From assembly GCA_002392285.1 (NCBI GenBank), contig DGGR01000016.1, forward strand, positions 1-26,343: a stretch of 26,343 nt of DNA, read 5' to 3'. Of the stretch, positions 7,718 to 16,493 are shown in pieces. Position 1 is the first letter of the stretch. Each line of letters starts with the position of its first letter. Made by a program: the position numbers and the translations under genes. This DNA comes from Verrucomicrobia bacterium UBA3869. GTDB taxonomy: Bacteria; Verrucomicrobiota; Verrucomicrobiia; Opitutales; UBA9783. The notes under the pieces are model-generated. The model saw only the letters and a list, made by a program, of their open reading frames with translations, ran no database searches and had not been told where the DNA came from.

Positions 7718-8324
7718 AGAGCATAGCACCCAGTTGAAGGAATCCCGCTATAATGCAATTGATGCCGAACGATAGGATTCGTTGTACAATCGGTAAATTA
7801 ATCACAATCAATAAAATCCATAGGCCAAATTGTTCGATAAACCGTAAGGTGCGTTCCGACAACCAGGGTGAGATTAAAGTAAATCCATCCAATCCCGGCA
7901 AAGGCAGTAGGTTAAAAACGATGAGGGTTGCATTGATTTGTAACAGGGTATAGACGATGAGTGTAAAATGACCGTCGAAGGTTAACATCAGCACTCCTAA
8001 TAGGCACAGCAGGAGGTTGCTTACGAATCCACCGAGTATGATCCATAGCAAACGAGGATAATGGTAGGATGCGGGCTGTAAGCGTTGGGGTTTACCCCAA
8101 CCGAAGAGGCAGCTAAACCCCAACAACATGCAGATAATGGGGAATACAATCGTACCGATTAAATCGATATGAGCAGCAGGATTGACCGTCAACCGACCGT
8201 CTTTGGATGGAGTGGGATCTCCGCATTGATTGGCTGCAAGCGCATAGCCATATTCATGCAACGTAACGCTGATGATGAGTAAAATAAAACTGATGAGTAG
8301 CTGAGAAAGCCTCAATAGATCCAT
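7701..8324 (-). CDS. Site-2-protease (peptidase M50) family membrane protein with a degenerate zinc motif
   Basis: The sequence SVTLHEYGYALAANQCGDPT...GRLTVNPAAHIDLIGT...NLLPLPGLDG matches the short M50 family (..HE..HA....GD.T....GRLTLNP..H.D..GT...N..P..PLDG). The second His of HExxH is Tyr (tat at 8244-8246). Confidence 0.8.
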   Translation of the reverse strand: MDLLRLSQLLISFILLIISVTLHEYGYALAANQCGDPTPSKDGRLTVNPAAHIDLIGTIVFPIICMLLGFSCLFGWGKPQRLQPASYHYPRLLWIILGGFVSNLLLCLLGVLMLTFDGHFTLIVYTLLQINATLIVFNLLPLPGLDGFTLISPWLSERTLRFIEQFGLWILLIVINLPIVQRILSFGINCIIAGFLQLGAMLYAILY

Positions 8325-8386
8325 ACCAACCCTTATGTATTAACAATCATTGTGCCCACAGGTCAAGTTTGGATCCTGCGTCGAGC

Positions 8387-8761
8387 TTACAAGAGCCCCA
8401 GTTCCATCTTCCCAGCTTCCGATATACGTTCTTTGGACCATGCAGGTTGCCATACCAGTTGAATGTCGACATCAGCAATGCCTGGGAGGAAACCAAGGAC
8501 ATCGTGGATGTTCGAAAAAATTTGCGGTGCCATGGGGCAGGTGGGTGAGGTTAAAGTCATCTCAATAGCTACTTTAAAATCGCTTGATACTTGGGGCGTT
8601 TGAGTGGGTTCTGAAATGGATGGCGGATTTGATGGAGTTACCGGTTGAAGTTGGATGTTATAAATAAGCCCTAAATTAACAATGTCGATGCCCATTTCAG
8701 GATCGCGTACCAACCGGAGGCGTTCCCAAATAACCTTCAATAGCTGTTCTGATGCTGTCAT
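8387..8761 (-). CDS. DUF59/SufT-like Fe-S cluster assembly protein (MIP18 family)
   Basis: Motifs V.DPEMGIDIVNLGLIY......V.IEMTLTSPTCPMA and V...LVW.P.W....IS. It sits immediately downstream of sufD. It contains a Pro/Ser/Thr/Gln-rich insertion of about 20-25 aa. Confidence 0.75.
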   Translation of the reverse strand: MTASEQLLKVIWERLRLVRDPEMGIDIVNLGLIYNIQLQPVTPSNPPSISEPTQTPQVSSDFKVAIEMTLTSPTCPMAPQIFSNIHDVLGFLPGIADVDIQLVWQPAWSKERISEAGKMELGLL

Positions 8762-8766
8762 TCAGG

Positions 8767-9555
8767 TTAAGAATGGATTAGTAACTCATGAAATTCCGTT
8801 GAAAATACAGAGCGTAAAAAGCCTTGTAGGTACAATTGAGTAGCTTCTGCATAAGGAATACCGCGGGATTGTAGATACCACAAGGCATCAGCTGGTAACG
8901 GTTGAGTGGCGGTTCCATGCGATGCGGTGATCGAACGGTTAAGGATGTGTAATTGAGGATAAGCGCTTACCTGTCCATGAGGCCCTGTAATCAGGTTTAA
9001 ATTGCGTTGCTCAACAGAAGCTTGACGTGCATTTGTTTGTACCGATAAATCACAGCGTAGATCGAAGCGCCCATAGTCATCGACAACCGATTGCGTCTGA
9101 CAATGAGTATGGGTGGAGGGAGCCCGATGGTCTACCAACAGGGTAGTTTGGTAGTGTTGGTTGCCTTTAACATGGACGCTTTCCTGCCAAATGAGCGATG
9201 CTTGAGGGGCTTGAAGGCGAACGGTACTGTGTACGGCGCAAGAGGTAGTTAATGCAATACCAGAGGCATGTATTAAGCGTCCTTGATTATCGAAACTGAG
9301 GGTATAATCATGGTCGCAGGCATTAAAATGGAACAGAGTAGATCCCGCTTCTAGGATATAGTGTACTTGATGGCATTGTTCAATGAGCCGTACCGACGTA
9401 TTGCGTCCGATGCGAATATTCACAGGGGTGATTAGGGGTTCGAATTGGAGCCAATCGATTAAGGATAAGCCTTCATGAAAGCTAAACGTAGCGGTTGCTT
9501 GTGACCAGGTACCGAAAGGATTGTTGTGAAGCGATAGGCGTTTACCCAATGGCAT
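8767..9555 (-). CDS. sufD: Fe-S cluster assembly protein SufD, short form of 262 aa
   Basis: SufB/SufD beta-helix-like C-terminal region with the end ...LWYL.SRGI....A..L...GF. It overlaps sufB by 14 nt. Confidence 0.8.
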   Translation of the reverse strand: MPLGKRLSLHNNPFGTWSQATATFSFHEGLSLIDWLQFEPLITPVNIRIGRNTSVRLIEQCHQVHYILEAGSTLFHFNACDHDYTLSFDNQGRLIHASGIALTTSCAVHSTVRLQAPQASLIWQESVHVKGNQHYQTTLLVDHRAPSTHTHCQTQSVVDDYGRFDLRCDLSVQTNARQASVEQRNLNLITGPHGQVSAYPQLHILNRSITASHGTATQPLPADALWYLQSRGIPYAEATQLYLQGFLRSVFSTEFHELLIHS

Positions 9556-10903
9556 TTTCCACCTCCATATCGATTAAGCGCTTTAGTTCCACGCTGTATT
9601 CCAGGGGAAAATGTTGAACTAAATCATTGACAAACCCATTGACGCTTAAGCTGACAGCGGCCGCACGATTCAACCCCCTTTGTTGTAAATAGAACAGTTG
9701 TTCTTCATCGAGCGATGAGATACTGGCTTCATGGCATACTGATTGGGAATCGCCGCTAATTGCTACGTAAGGTAGGGTTCCGGTTCGACTTTCATCTCCC
9801 AAGAGCAGCGAATGGCATTCGGTGCTGTTTTTACAATGGCTGCAGTTGGGTTGAATGTGGATTTTACCGCGATAACCTGCCCATCCTGAGCCTAATGAAA
9901 TAGATTTTGAAACAACATTGGAGGTGGTTTCATCTGCTAAATGCAAAACACGTGCGCCTGTATCTTGCCATTGCCCACTATGGGCTAAGGCAATGCTAAA
10001 TACTTCTCCATGAGCATGCCGGCCTTTTAAATAAATGCCAGGGTATTTCATGGTAATTTTCGATCCTATGTTGCAATCAATCCATCGAACATCAGCGTTT
10101 TCTTCTGCCCAACCGCGCTTGGTTACTAGATTCAGTACATTGGAAGACCAATTTTGAACGGTGATATACTGCAATTTGGCATCTTTCTTAACCACCAGCT
10201 CCACAACGGCTGCATGGAGGTTTTGGGTATCATAGATAGGAGCGGTACATCCCTCCATGTAGGTTAACTCTGCGCCTTCATCAACGATGATTAGGGTACG
10301 TTCAAATTGCCCAGAACGTTCAGCATTGATCCTGAAATACGCCTGCAAAGGTTGCTGTACTTTTAATCCCTTGGGAACATAAATGAAACTGCCTCCGCTA
10401 AATACAGCGCTGTTAAGGGCTGCAAAGGTATTATCATGCGGAGGAACGATTTTTGCAAAAAAAGGTTCGAAAAGTTCACGGTAGGTTGAAAGACCTTCGT
10501 TCGAATCGGTAAAAATAACCCCCTGCTCTTGCAGCTGCTGCCGCATTTTTGCGTAAGCAAATTCACTATCGAATTGAGCCTCCACACCTGCTAAAAACTT
10601 TTGTTCTTTTTCGGGCACCCCTAAGCGCTCAAAGGTGGTTTTAATTGCTGTAGGAACTTCATCCCAGCTTTTTTTGGCCCTTTGGGTGTTGGCTACATAA
10701 TAGCGTAGCTTTTGGAAATCGATGGGCGGTAAAGCGTTTGGAATCCACGCAGGGAGTCGGAGCTTCAAAAACGTTTCTAGGGCTTGTAACCGAAAGGCAA
10801 GCAGCGATGGGCTCTCGTTTTTGACGGATGAAATGTAACGGATGGTATTCTGGTTAAGTCCAAATCCAGCATTGAAAGCAGTAGAATCGGTTGCGGATGC
10901 CAT
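9542..10903 (-). CDS. sufB: Fe-S cluster assembly scaffold SufB
   Basis: Highly conserved SufB blocks, for example [17 protein letters not shown] and ...HEASIS...EEQLFYL..RGL....A....V.GF. Confidence 0.95.
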   Translation of the reverse strand: MASATDSTAFNAGFGLNQNTIRYISSVKNESPSLLAFRLQALETFLKLRLPAWIPNALPPIDFQKLRYYVANTQRAKKSWDEVPTAIKTTFERLGVPEKEQKFLAGVEAQFDSEFAYAKMRQQLQEQGVIFTDSNEGLSTYRELFEPFFAKIVPPHDNTFAALNSAVFSGGSFIYVPKGLKVQQPLQAYFRINAERSGQFERTLIIVDEGAELTYMEGCTAPIYDTQNLHAAVVELVVKKDAKLQYITVQNWSSNVLNLVTKRGWAEENADVRWIDCNIGSKITMKYPGIYLKGRHAHGEVFSIALAHSGQWQDTGARVLHLADETTSNVVSKSISLGSGWAGYRGKIHIQPNCSHCKNSTECHSLLLGDESRTGTLPYVAISGDSQSVCHEASISSLDEEQLFYLQQRGLNRAAAVSLSVNGFVNDLVQHFPLEYSVELKRLIDMEVENAIG

Positions 10904-10914
10904 TTTGGATAACG

Positions 10915-11640
10915 CTATAAGCCTTTGATCAGGGATGCAACAGCGTCCAAATCAGAAGGATTTTGGGTCACTAAACGACCTTTTTGTAGAAGATATAAAT
11001 GGGTTAAGGGGAGTTGATGGAGGAAATCCATAGCGTGGGATACGATAATAAATCCGGTATGCGGCTGTAAGGTACGAATTGTTTGCAAAACGGTTTCGCG
11101 TGCTTGTAGATCCAAACCACTATCCAATTCATCTAGGAGCGCAAATTTTGGCTTAAATAGCAGCAATTGGAGTAATTCTAAGCGTTTTTGTTCGCCGCCT
11201 GAAAAATTGCAGTGTACCGAGCGGCTGGTGAAATCTTTAGGAAGCCCTACCTGCTCCAACAGAGCGTATAGATCTTGGTAAAACTGAGTCGCGTTAACCT
11301 TTTGTTCGGGTTTGTGAAACCTTAAGGCGGTTCGCAAAAAATTAGCAACCGTTACCCCTTCAATTGCGTTGGGGGATTGAAACGCCAAAAAGATACCGTT
11401 TTGAGCCCGTTTGTCCGGTGCCCATTCATTGATAGGTTGCTGATTTAAATAAAACGTTCCGCTGGTTAATGCATAGGATGGATGCCCAGCAATGCTTTTG
11501 AGCAACGAGCTTTTGCCGGAACCATTGGGTCCGATGATCGCATGGATTTCACCGGTTTGAACCTGAAAATGAATGTCCTTTAGGATAGATTGAGTGTCTT
11601 TCGTGAGGGTAGCCCCTTCGACTGTGAGGACGTCATGCAT
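10915..11640 (-). CDS. sufC: Fe-S cluster assembly ATPase SufC
   Basis: Walker [13 protein letters not shown] signature region [15 protein letters not shown]. Walker [13 protein letters not shown]-loop SH. It is the first gene of sufCBD. Confidence 0.95.
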   Translation of the reverse strand: MHDVLTVEGATLTKDTQSILKDIHFQVQTGEIHAIIGPNGSGKSSLLKSIAGHPSYALTSGTFYLNQQPINEWAPDKRAQNGIFLAFQSPNAIEGVTVANFLRTALRFHKPEQKVNATQFYQDLYALLEQVGLPKDFTSRSVHCNFSGGEQKRLELLQLLLFKPKFALLDELDSGLDLQARETVLQTIRTLQPHTGFIIVSHAMDFLHQLPLTHLYLLQKGRLVTQNPSDLDAVASLIKGL

Positions 11641-11723
11641 AGGGTTAACCTAGCAGGTTCCATCGAGCTGGACAAGCTTTTTACTTAACGGCTGGCGTTG
11701 GTCATTACGGGCATTCGGAAAAC

Positions 11724-11758
11724 CACAGGGGCAGCACTATAAAGGTGCTGCCCCTGTG
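11724..11758 (-). terminator. Probable intrinsic terminator downstream of the outer-membrane protein gene
   Basis: Perfect 14-bp stem cacaggggcagcac / gtgctgcccctgtg with a 7-nt loop. On the minus strand it is followed by GTTTTCC, a weak U-tract. It lies about 46 nt after the stop at 11805. Confidence 0.55.
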
Positions 11759-11804
11759 TGAGTGAGGTATTAATCACCCCGTTAGGGGCGTTAACCCTGT
11801 ATCA

Positions 11805-12458
11805 TTACATGCTGTAACGTAAACCCAAATCTACGCTGAACAAACGTCCTTTGGAGAACACATGCATATAGCGTAAACGAGCATTAATGTTGAAGTTTTC
11901 TGTGATGTTGAATGCAGCACCGAGCATACCTTGTAAGCCCAAGCCGGTTTTATCGTAATCACGAACTTTAGTTTTGCCTATTTCCCCTTCTTTGGTCCCT
12001 TTAGCTTCGACGCTGGAAACGCTTAAACCAGCACCGATACCTGCAAAGACTTCGAAGTCACTTTCGATTTCGTAGTCATAGTAGGCATTGAGCATAAAGT
12101 TCATCATGTGACCTTTGAGTTCGACGTCTTTGTACTTTGCACCATCTTTTTCTAACTCACCCTTATCGCCTTTGCATTGAGTTAAGTTAAATTCGAATCC
12201 AAAGCGAAAATCATCAAAAGCATGAACACCAGCTTCAATAGCCAAACCGGGTTTAAACTTGAGACCTTCTCCGTCAGACTTTGGTTTACCCATTAAGAAG
12301 CGTGCTTCACCGTAAGGACGAAGATCGTCGGTCCAATCAGAGGTTTGAATGACAGCGTCCGATTCCTCTACAGAAGTAGCCTGTACTTGATCATCTCCGA
12401 ACAATGGGCACGCTGCCAAAAGACCCATGGGAAATAATAGTTTTAATTTATTCTTCAT
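11805..12458 (-). CDS. Small outer-membrane beta-barrel protein (OmpW/opacity-porin-like, probably 8 strands)
   Basis: N-terminal signal peptide MKNKLKLLFPMGLLAAC. Alternating amphipathic beta-strand pattern, Gly/aromatic-rich, with the last strand VDLGLRYSM. RBS AAGGAA lies upstream. Confidence 0.65.
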   Translation of the reverse strand: MKNKLKLLFPMGLLAACPLFGDDQVQATSVEESDAVIQTSDWTDDLRPYGEARFLMGKPKSDGEGLKFKPGLAIEAGVHAFDDFRFGFEFNLTQCKGDKGELEKDGAKYKDVELKGHMMNFMLNAYYDYEIESDFEVFAGIGAGLSVSSVEAKGTKEGEIGKTKVRDYDKTGLGLQGMLGAAFNITENFNINARLRYMHVFSKGRLFSVDLGLRYSM

Positions 12459-12621
12459 TTTTTATTCCTTTGAAAAAATTTTTAAACAATAGTTAACAAT
12501 CTGTCAAGCAATTTACTTTAATTTACATGGACTTTGAGGAGGTGGAAATAAATCCTTTATTTATATTGTAATACGGCAATCCTTTGCTTTTTTTAAATAA
12601 AAGAGTAAAATTTGCAAGATT
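12459..12621. promoter_or_regulatory. AT-rich divergent intergenic region, presumably carrying promoters for the OMP gene (minus) and the DUF502 operon (plus)
   Basis: A 163-bp, strongly AT-rich stretch lies between divergent starts. It has a TAAAAT-like -10 at about 12606-12611 and an AT palindrome aaataaa-tcc-tttattt. No experimental support. Confidence 0.3.
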
Positions 12622-13272
12622 ATGTTACAAAAGCTTAAGGGTTGGTTTGTTACGGGTGTATTGATGCTCATGCCGTTAGGGGTTACGTTCTTTGTTATTA
12701 AATTTTTGTTGGATAAAGTGGGACAGCCAGCGAGTGTATTATTTTTTGGTCGCTGGACGCATGTCTTGGGTCAGCAATGGATGGGATGGATTATGGATAT
12801 CCTGTCGTTTTTGGTCGTAATAGCCATCATTACAACCTTTGGTTGGCTATCTCAGTTTGTCTTTGGGCGCTTATTGCTATCGATTACCGAAAAATGTATC
12901 AAGGCCATTCCGATCATCAATACTATCTATAAAAGTGTTCAGCAGATTGTTGAGACGATCGGGAAGAATAAAAAAGCAATTTTTCAGCAGGCGGTGTTGG
13001 TGCCATTTCCGAGCCAAGGATTGTATTCGATTGGTTTTTTAACGAACCGGTCGACGGGTGAGACACAAAGCAAGACGACGGAGGATGTATATAACGTTTT
13101 TGTACCCACAACGCCGAATCCGACTTCGGGCTTTCTCATCATGGTGCCAGAAGCAAAAATGGTTCGCTTGGATATGTCGGTTGGGGATGCTATTAAATTG
13201 ATCATTTCGGGCGGTACGGTATCGCCGGAAACCGTGCAAAAGGTATCAGGACATTTGGGGGCTAAGCAGTAA
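12622..13272 (+). CDS. DUF502 family membrane protein
   Basis: N-terminal TM pair and the hallmark block VFVPTTPNPTSGFLIMVPE....LDMSV.DA.KLIISGG. Confidence 0.6.
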   Translation: MLQKLKGWFVTGVLMLMPLGVTFFVIKFLLDKVGQPASVLFFGRWTHVLGQQWMGWIMDILSFLVVIAIITTFGWLSQFVFGRLLLSITEKCIKAIPIINTIYKSVQQIVETIGKNKKAIFQQAVLVPFPSQGLYSIGFLTNRSTGETQSKTTEDVYNVFVPTTPNPTSGFLIMVPEAKMVRLDMSVGDAIKLIISGGTVSPETVQKVSGHLGAKQ

Positions 13273-13279
13273 TATAGGT

Positions 13280-13978
13280 ATGTCGCGTACGTTTTGGGTA
13301 TCGGTTCTAGTGGTGGGTGGTTTGCATTATGCCTTGATGGTTAAGGGGATGCCGTTGCTCAACCGTTGGGTTGAGGTTAAAAGCCAAGGTTTTACGTTTT
13401 TAAGACCGTTTTATCCACGCTTTAAACTAAAGGTGTTTATGCTTTGGGGACTTATCATTGGGTTGATTTTAGCGCAATCCCTTGTGTTGAATCCTTTAGT
13501 TATTCTTTTCAAATCCCTATCGAGTTTTATGGGTTGCTTAGTAGTGGGGGATATCATATCCATCTTGGGATTGGCATGGTTGGGCCCTGTGCTTCAAAAC
13601 GCAGAAGCGATGTTTTGTATCGCTCATCGATGGATCTGTATTTTGGGCAGTATGGTTGGACTATTGATGGCCATTAACAACCTAGGGTATTCCATGGCGG
13701 GATTATTAACCGCCTTTGGAATTGGAGGAGCTGCGTTTGCGCTGGCAGCCCAAAAGAGTTTGGCGGATCTATTGAGTGCAGTTTCGTTTTTATTAACCCG
13801 TCCGTTCCATGAAGGGGATTGGATTGTGGTTGGCAATAAGGCGGCTGGTCGTGTACAATCGGTAGGTTTGCGTTTAACCCGAGTGCGTACGAACGATGGC
13901 ACCATCCTTTATATTCCGAACCATTTGATTGCATCGGAGTGCGTTGAAAACAAAGGGAATACGGTAGATCAAGCATGA
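13280..13978 (+). CDS. MscS-family mechanosensitive-channel-like protein, C-terminally truncated relative to the family
   Basis: Pore-helix and beta-domain block GIGGAAFALAAQKSLADLLSAVSFLLTRPF..GDWI.V.....G.V..VGLR.T.VRT.DGT..YIPN. The protein ends about 18 aa after IPN. The usual alpha/beta cytoplasmic domain of about 80-100 aa is absent. Confidence 0.7.
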   Translation: MSRTFWVSVLVVGGLHYALMVKGMPLLNRWVEVKSQGFTFLRPFYPRFKLKVFMLWGLIIGLILAQSLVLNPLVILFKSLSSFMGCLVVGDIISILGLAWLGPVLQNAEAMFCIAHRWICILGSMVGLLMAINNLGYSMAGLLTAFGIGGAAFALAAQKSLADLLSAVSFLLTRPFHEGDWIVVGNKAAGRVQSVGLRLTRVRTNDGTILYIPNHLIASECVENKGNTVDQA

Positions 13979-14952
13979 CGTTTTTAAGTCAATTACGTCA
14001 GCAGTTTACGGATAAAAAGCCCGTTTATATCGTTACGCATGAACGAGCAGATGGGGATGGCATTGGTAGTCAAATTGCCTTAACGCTTTACCTTAATCGC
14101 TTCGGGCTTGAGGCTTATTGTTTACAGTCGGAAGCCTTATCGGATGCCTATAATTCGTTTTTAACCGGAGTTCCTGTATGCGCCTTATCGGAACACAAAG
14201 CGGATGCGTATTGGGTCGCCGTGGATTGTGGGAATTCGATGCGGGTAGCGCCTGAATTACGTTCGCTTACCTACACGGCGGTTATTGATCATCATCTGAT
14301 AGAGGAGCCTTGGGTCGAGCGATGCTGGATCCATCCAGAACGCTCTTCGAACTGCGAATTGTTGCTGGATTTGTTCTTAGAGGATGGATATCGTTTGGAT
14401 CATCCATCCATCAATAATGCATTGTACATGGGGATTTTAACGGATACGGGTAGTTTTTCCCATAACAATGTGACTGTGGATACCTTTGTTTGTGCAGAAC
14501 GCTTAGTGCGCGCAGGGGTACAACCCTATCGTATCATCCAAAAACTGTTTAAAAATAAGACCTTAGAGCAATTCCAATTGTATTGTTTGTATTTAAAACG
14601 TTTGCGTTTGTATGAATCAGGAACGATTGCAGTAGCGCGCTTAGATGCTTCTGATTATGTCAAAACCCATACGGAGCGTATGCATACAGAGGGTTTTGTT
14701 AATCAGCCGTTGGGGTTAAAGCAAACCAAGATTTCGATTTTTGTTGAAACGAATCCGACCTACGTAAAGGTGAGTTTGCGTTCGATTGATCCGGTGTTTC
14801 CGGTTCATGCAGTGGCGAAGTTATGGGGTGGGTTTGGCCATGTATGCGCTGCAGGTTTTAAGTGCTCTCCCTCGCAATTTTCCTTAAGGCGCTTGATTCA
14901 TGCCTGCGCTCGTTGCATTCAGGATGCGCATGAGGCTGACAATACCCTATGA
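13975..14952 (+). CDS. nrnA: DHH/DHHA1 phosphoesterase, NrnA-like bifunctional oligoribonuclease/pAp phosphatase
   Basis: Motifs THERADGDGIGS, DHH (VIDHH), GILTDTGSF and GGFGHVCAAGF (DHHA1). It sits directly upstream of truB-ribF. Confidence 0.8.
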   Translation: MTFLSQLRQQFTDKKPVYIVTHERADGDGIGSQIALTLYLNRFGLEAYCLQSEALSDAYNSFLTGVPVCALSEHKADAYWVAVDCGNSMRVAPELRSLTYTAVIDHHLIEEPWVERCWIHPERSSNCELLLDLFLEDGYRLDHPSINNALYMGILTDTGSFSHNNVTVDTFVCAERLVRAGVQPYRIIQKLFKNKTLEQFQLYCLYLKRLRLYESGTIAVARLDASDYVKTHTERMHTEGFVNQPLGLKQTKISIFVETNPTYVKVSLRSIDPVFPVHAVAKLWGGFGHVCAAGFKCSPSQFSLRRLIHACARCIQDAHEADNTL

Positions 14953-15683
14953 TGTCCATCGACTCTATTTTTCGGGCTACTCCTTGCGCAGTGGATGGTG
15001 TTTTGCTGATTGATAAGCCGTTAGGATGCACCTCGTTTGATGTGATTCGCAAATTGCGACGGGTATGTGGGTTTAAGAAGATTGGGCATGCAGGGACCTT
15101 AGATCCCTTTGCGACCGGTTTACTCGTTATTTTGTTGGGGAAAGCCACTCGGTGCTTCCAACGTTTAATGTGTGGGCGAAAAACTTATGAAGGAACCATC
15201 CGTTTGGGGGTTGAAACCAGTACGTACGACCGCGAAGGGGAGGTAGTAAGTACTACTTCCGTTGATGGCTTAACCGATGAGGCTATTCAAACGACCCTCA
15301 AAACGTTTTTGGGGGATCAGTATCAGGATCCACCTATGTTTTCCGCCAAAAAGATCAATGGGGTGCCTTTGTATCAATTGGCGCGCAAGGGTCAGACGGT
15401 TGAACGGGTGCCTAATTTTATAACCATCTTTCAATGTGAATTGTTGCGGTACGCAGCACCTGATGCGGTGGTTAAGGTTTGTTGTTCAAAAGGAACCTAC
15501 ATTCGGTCGTTAGCGCACGATTTAGGGGGGAAGCTAGGGGTCGGGGGTCATCTGTTGGGGCTAAGGCGCCTCCAAAGCGGTAATTTTTCGGTGGAACAAG
15601 CGGTACCCCTGCAATCAATTTTGGATGAACCTAATGTGTGGCGTTCGCACTTAATCCCTTATGATGCCTTATTAACCCCTTAA
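14949..15683 (+). CDS. truB: tRNA pseudouridine(55) synthase
   Basis: Motifs G.LL.DKP.G.TSFDV......K.GHAGTLDPFATGLL, PP.FSA.K..G..LY..AR.G and KGTYIRSLA.DLG. Confidence 0.95.
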   Translation: MMSIDSIFRATPCAVDGVLLIDKPLGCTSFDVIRKLRRVCGFKKIGHAGTLDPFATGLLVILLGKATRCFQRLMCGRKTYEGTIRLGVETSTYDREGEVVSTTSVDGLTDEAIQTTLKTFLGDQYQDPPMFSAKKINGVPLYQLARKGQTVERVPNFITIFQCELLRYAAPDAVVKVCCSKGTYIRSLAHDLGGKLGVGGHLLGLRRLQSGNFSVEQAVPLQSILDEPNVWRSHLIPYDALLTP

Positions 15684-15687
15684 TTTG

Positions 15688-16491
15688 ATGGAATTTACCA
15701 GTCCTATTCACTTGGTTATCGGTAACTTTGACGGGGTTCATGTGGGGCATCAGACCTTGATCCGTATGGCCTGCAAACAAGCTCATGCGTTGGGGCAATC
15801 CGTGGTTGTGTATACCTTTAATCCTCATCCGCGCCAAATCATTCCAGAAGCCCACAGGCTTCAATTGATTTATTCGGTGCAGGAGCGTTGTACTTTATTG
15901 CGGCAATTGGGCTGCGATTTTATTTGGGTGCAGACGTTTACGAATCAGTTGCGCTTGCAAACCCCAGAACAGTTTTTTCAAGCCATCCAGCAGGTATTTC
16001 CAACCTTAGCGGCTGTCTATGTTGGGGATCAATATCGCTTTGGTTATCGCCAACAGGGGGATGCCAATACCTTACGGGCTTTGTGTGAGCGAACGAAGAG
16101 CGTGTGTTTATGCGTTTGTCCTTCGGTATTTGATGCAGCAGGAAGGATCTGCAGTACACGCATTCGAGCCGCATTGCAACAAGGGCAGTTGTCGGAAGCG
16201 AATCGTTTATTGGGTCAGCCGTATCATCGGTATGGGAAGGTAGTGCTGAAGGGAACCGCAGGTTATGCATTCGAGCTTAAAGACCAGGATGCATCCGTGG
16301 ATGAAACCACCGCAATATCTTCGCTGGTTGGTTGTTTGTTGAAACCGGGGACCTATGTAGGGCATTTTGATTGCCAACAACAGCAGATGCGGGTTAGGAT
16401 TCAAGTGCACTCGGACCAACGGATTGGTTTATTGGATTGCAATCCTGTGAGTCTAAACCAGTTAGGGGTCTTGGTGTTTGATGATTCATAG
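15688..16491 (+). CDS. ribF: RibF-like FAD synthetase (FMN adenylyltransferase domain intact; C-terminal riboflavin-kinase domain short and degenerate)
   Basis: N-terminal domain has GNFDGVHVGH, TFNPHP and VGDQYRFG. The C-terminal ~85 aa lack the G..LGFPTAN and NIG..PTF...E.H motifs. Total length is about 267 aa, against about 305-315 typical. Confidence 0.8.
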   Translation: MEFTSPIHLVIGNFDGVHVGHQTLIRMACKQAHALGQSVVVYTFNPHPRQIIPEAHRLQLIYSVQERCTLLRQLGCDFIWVQTFTNQLRLQTPEQFFQAIQQVFPTLAAVYVGDQYRFGYRQQGDANTLRALCERTKSVCLCVCPSVFDAAGRICSTRIRAALQQGQLSEANRLLGQPYHRYGKVVLKGTAGYAFELKDQDASVDETTAISSLVGCLLKPGTYVGHFDCQQQQMRVRIQVHSDQRIGLLDCNPVSLNQLGVLVFDDS

Positions 16492-16493
16492 TA

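Noticed and set aside
11641-11798. The 9-bp inverted repeats AGGGTTAAC (11641-11649) and GTTAACCCT (11790-11798) bracket the suf/OMP intergenic region and look like MITE or IS termini.
   Set aside because: They are too short and contain the common GTTAAC palindrome. There are no target-site duplications and no internal transposase. The interior is explained by the OMP terminator hairpin and the suf promoter.
12540-12570. A strong Shine-Dalgarno-like GAGGAGG lies in the OMP/DUF502 intergenic region and might drive a hidden small ORF.
   Set aside because: Only a 9-codon GTG frame that overlaps the SD itself follows. There is no properly spaced start codon.
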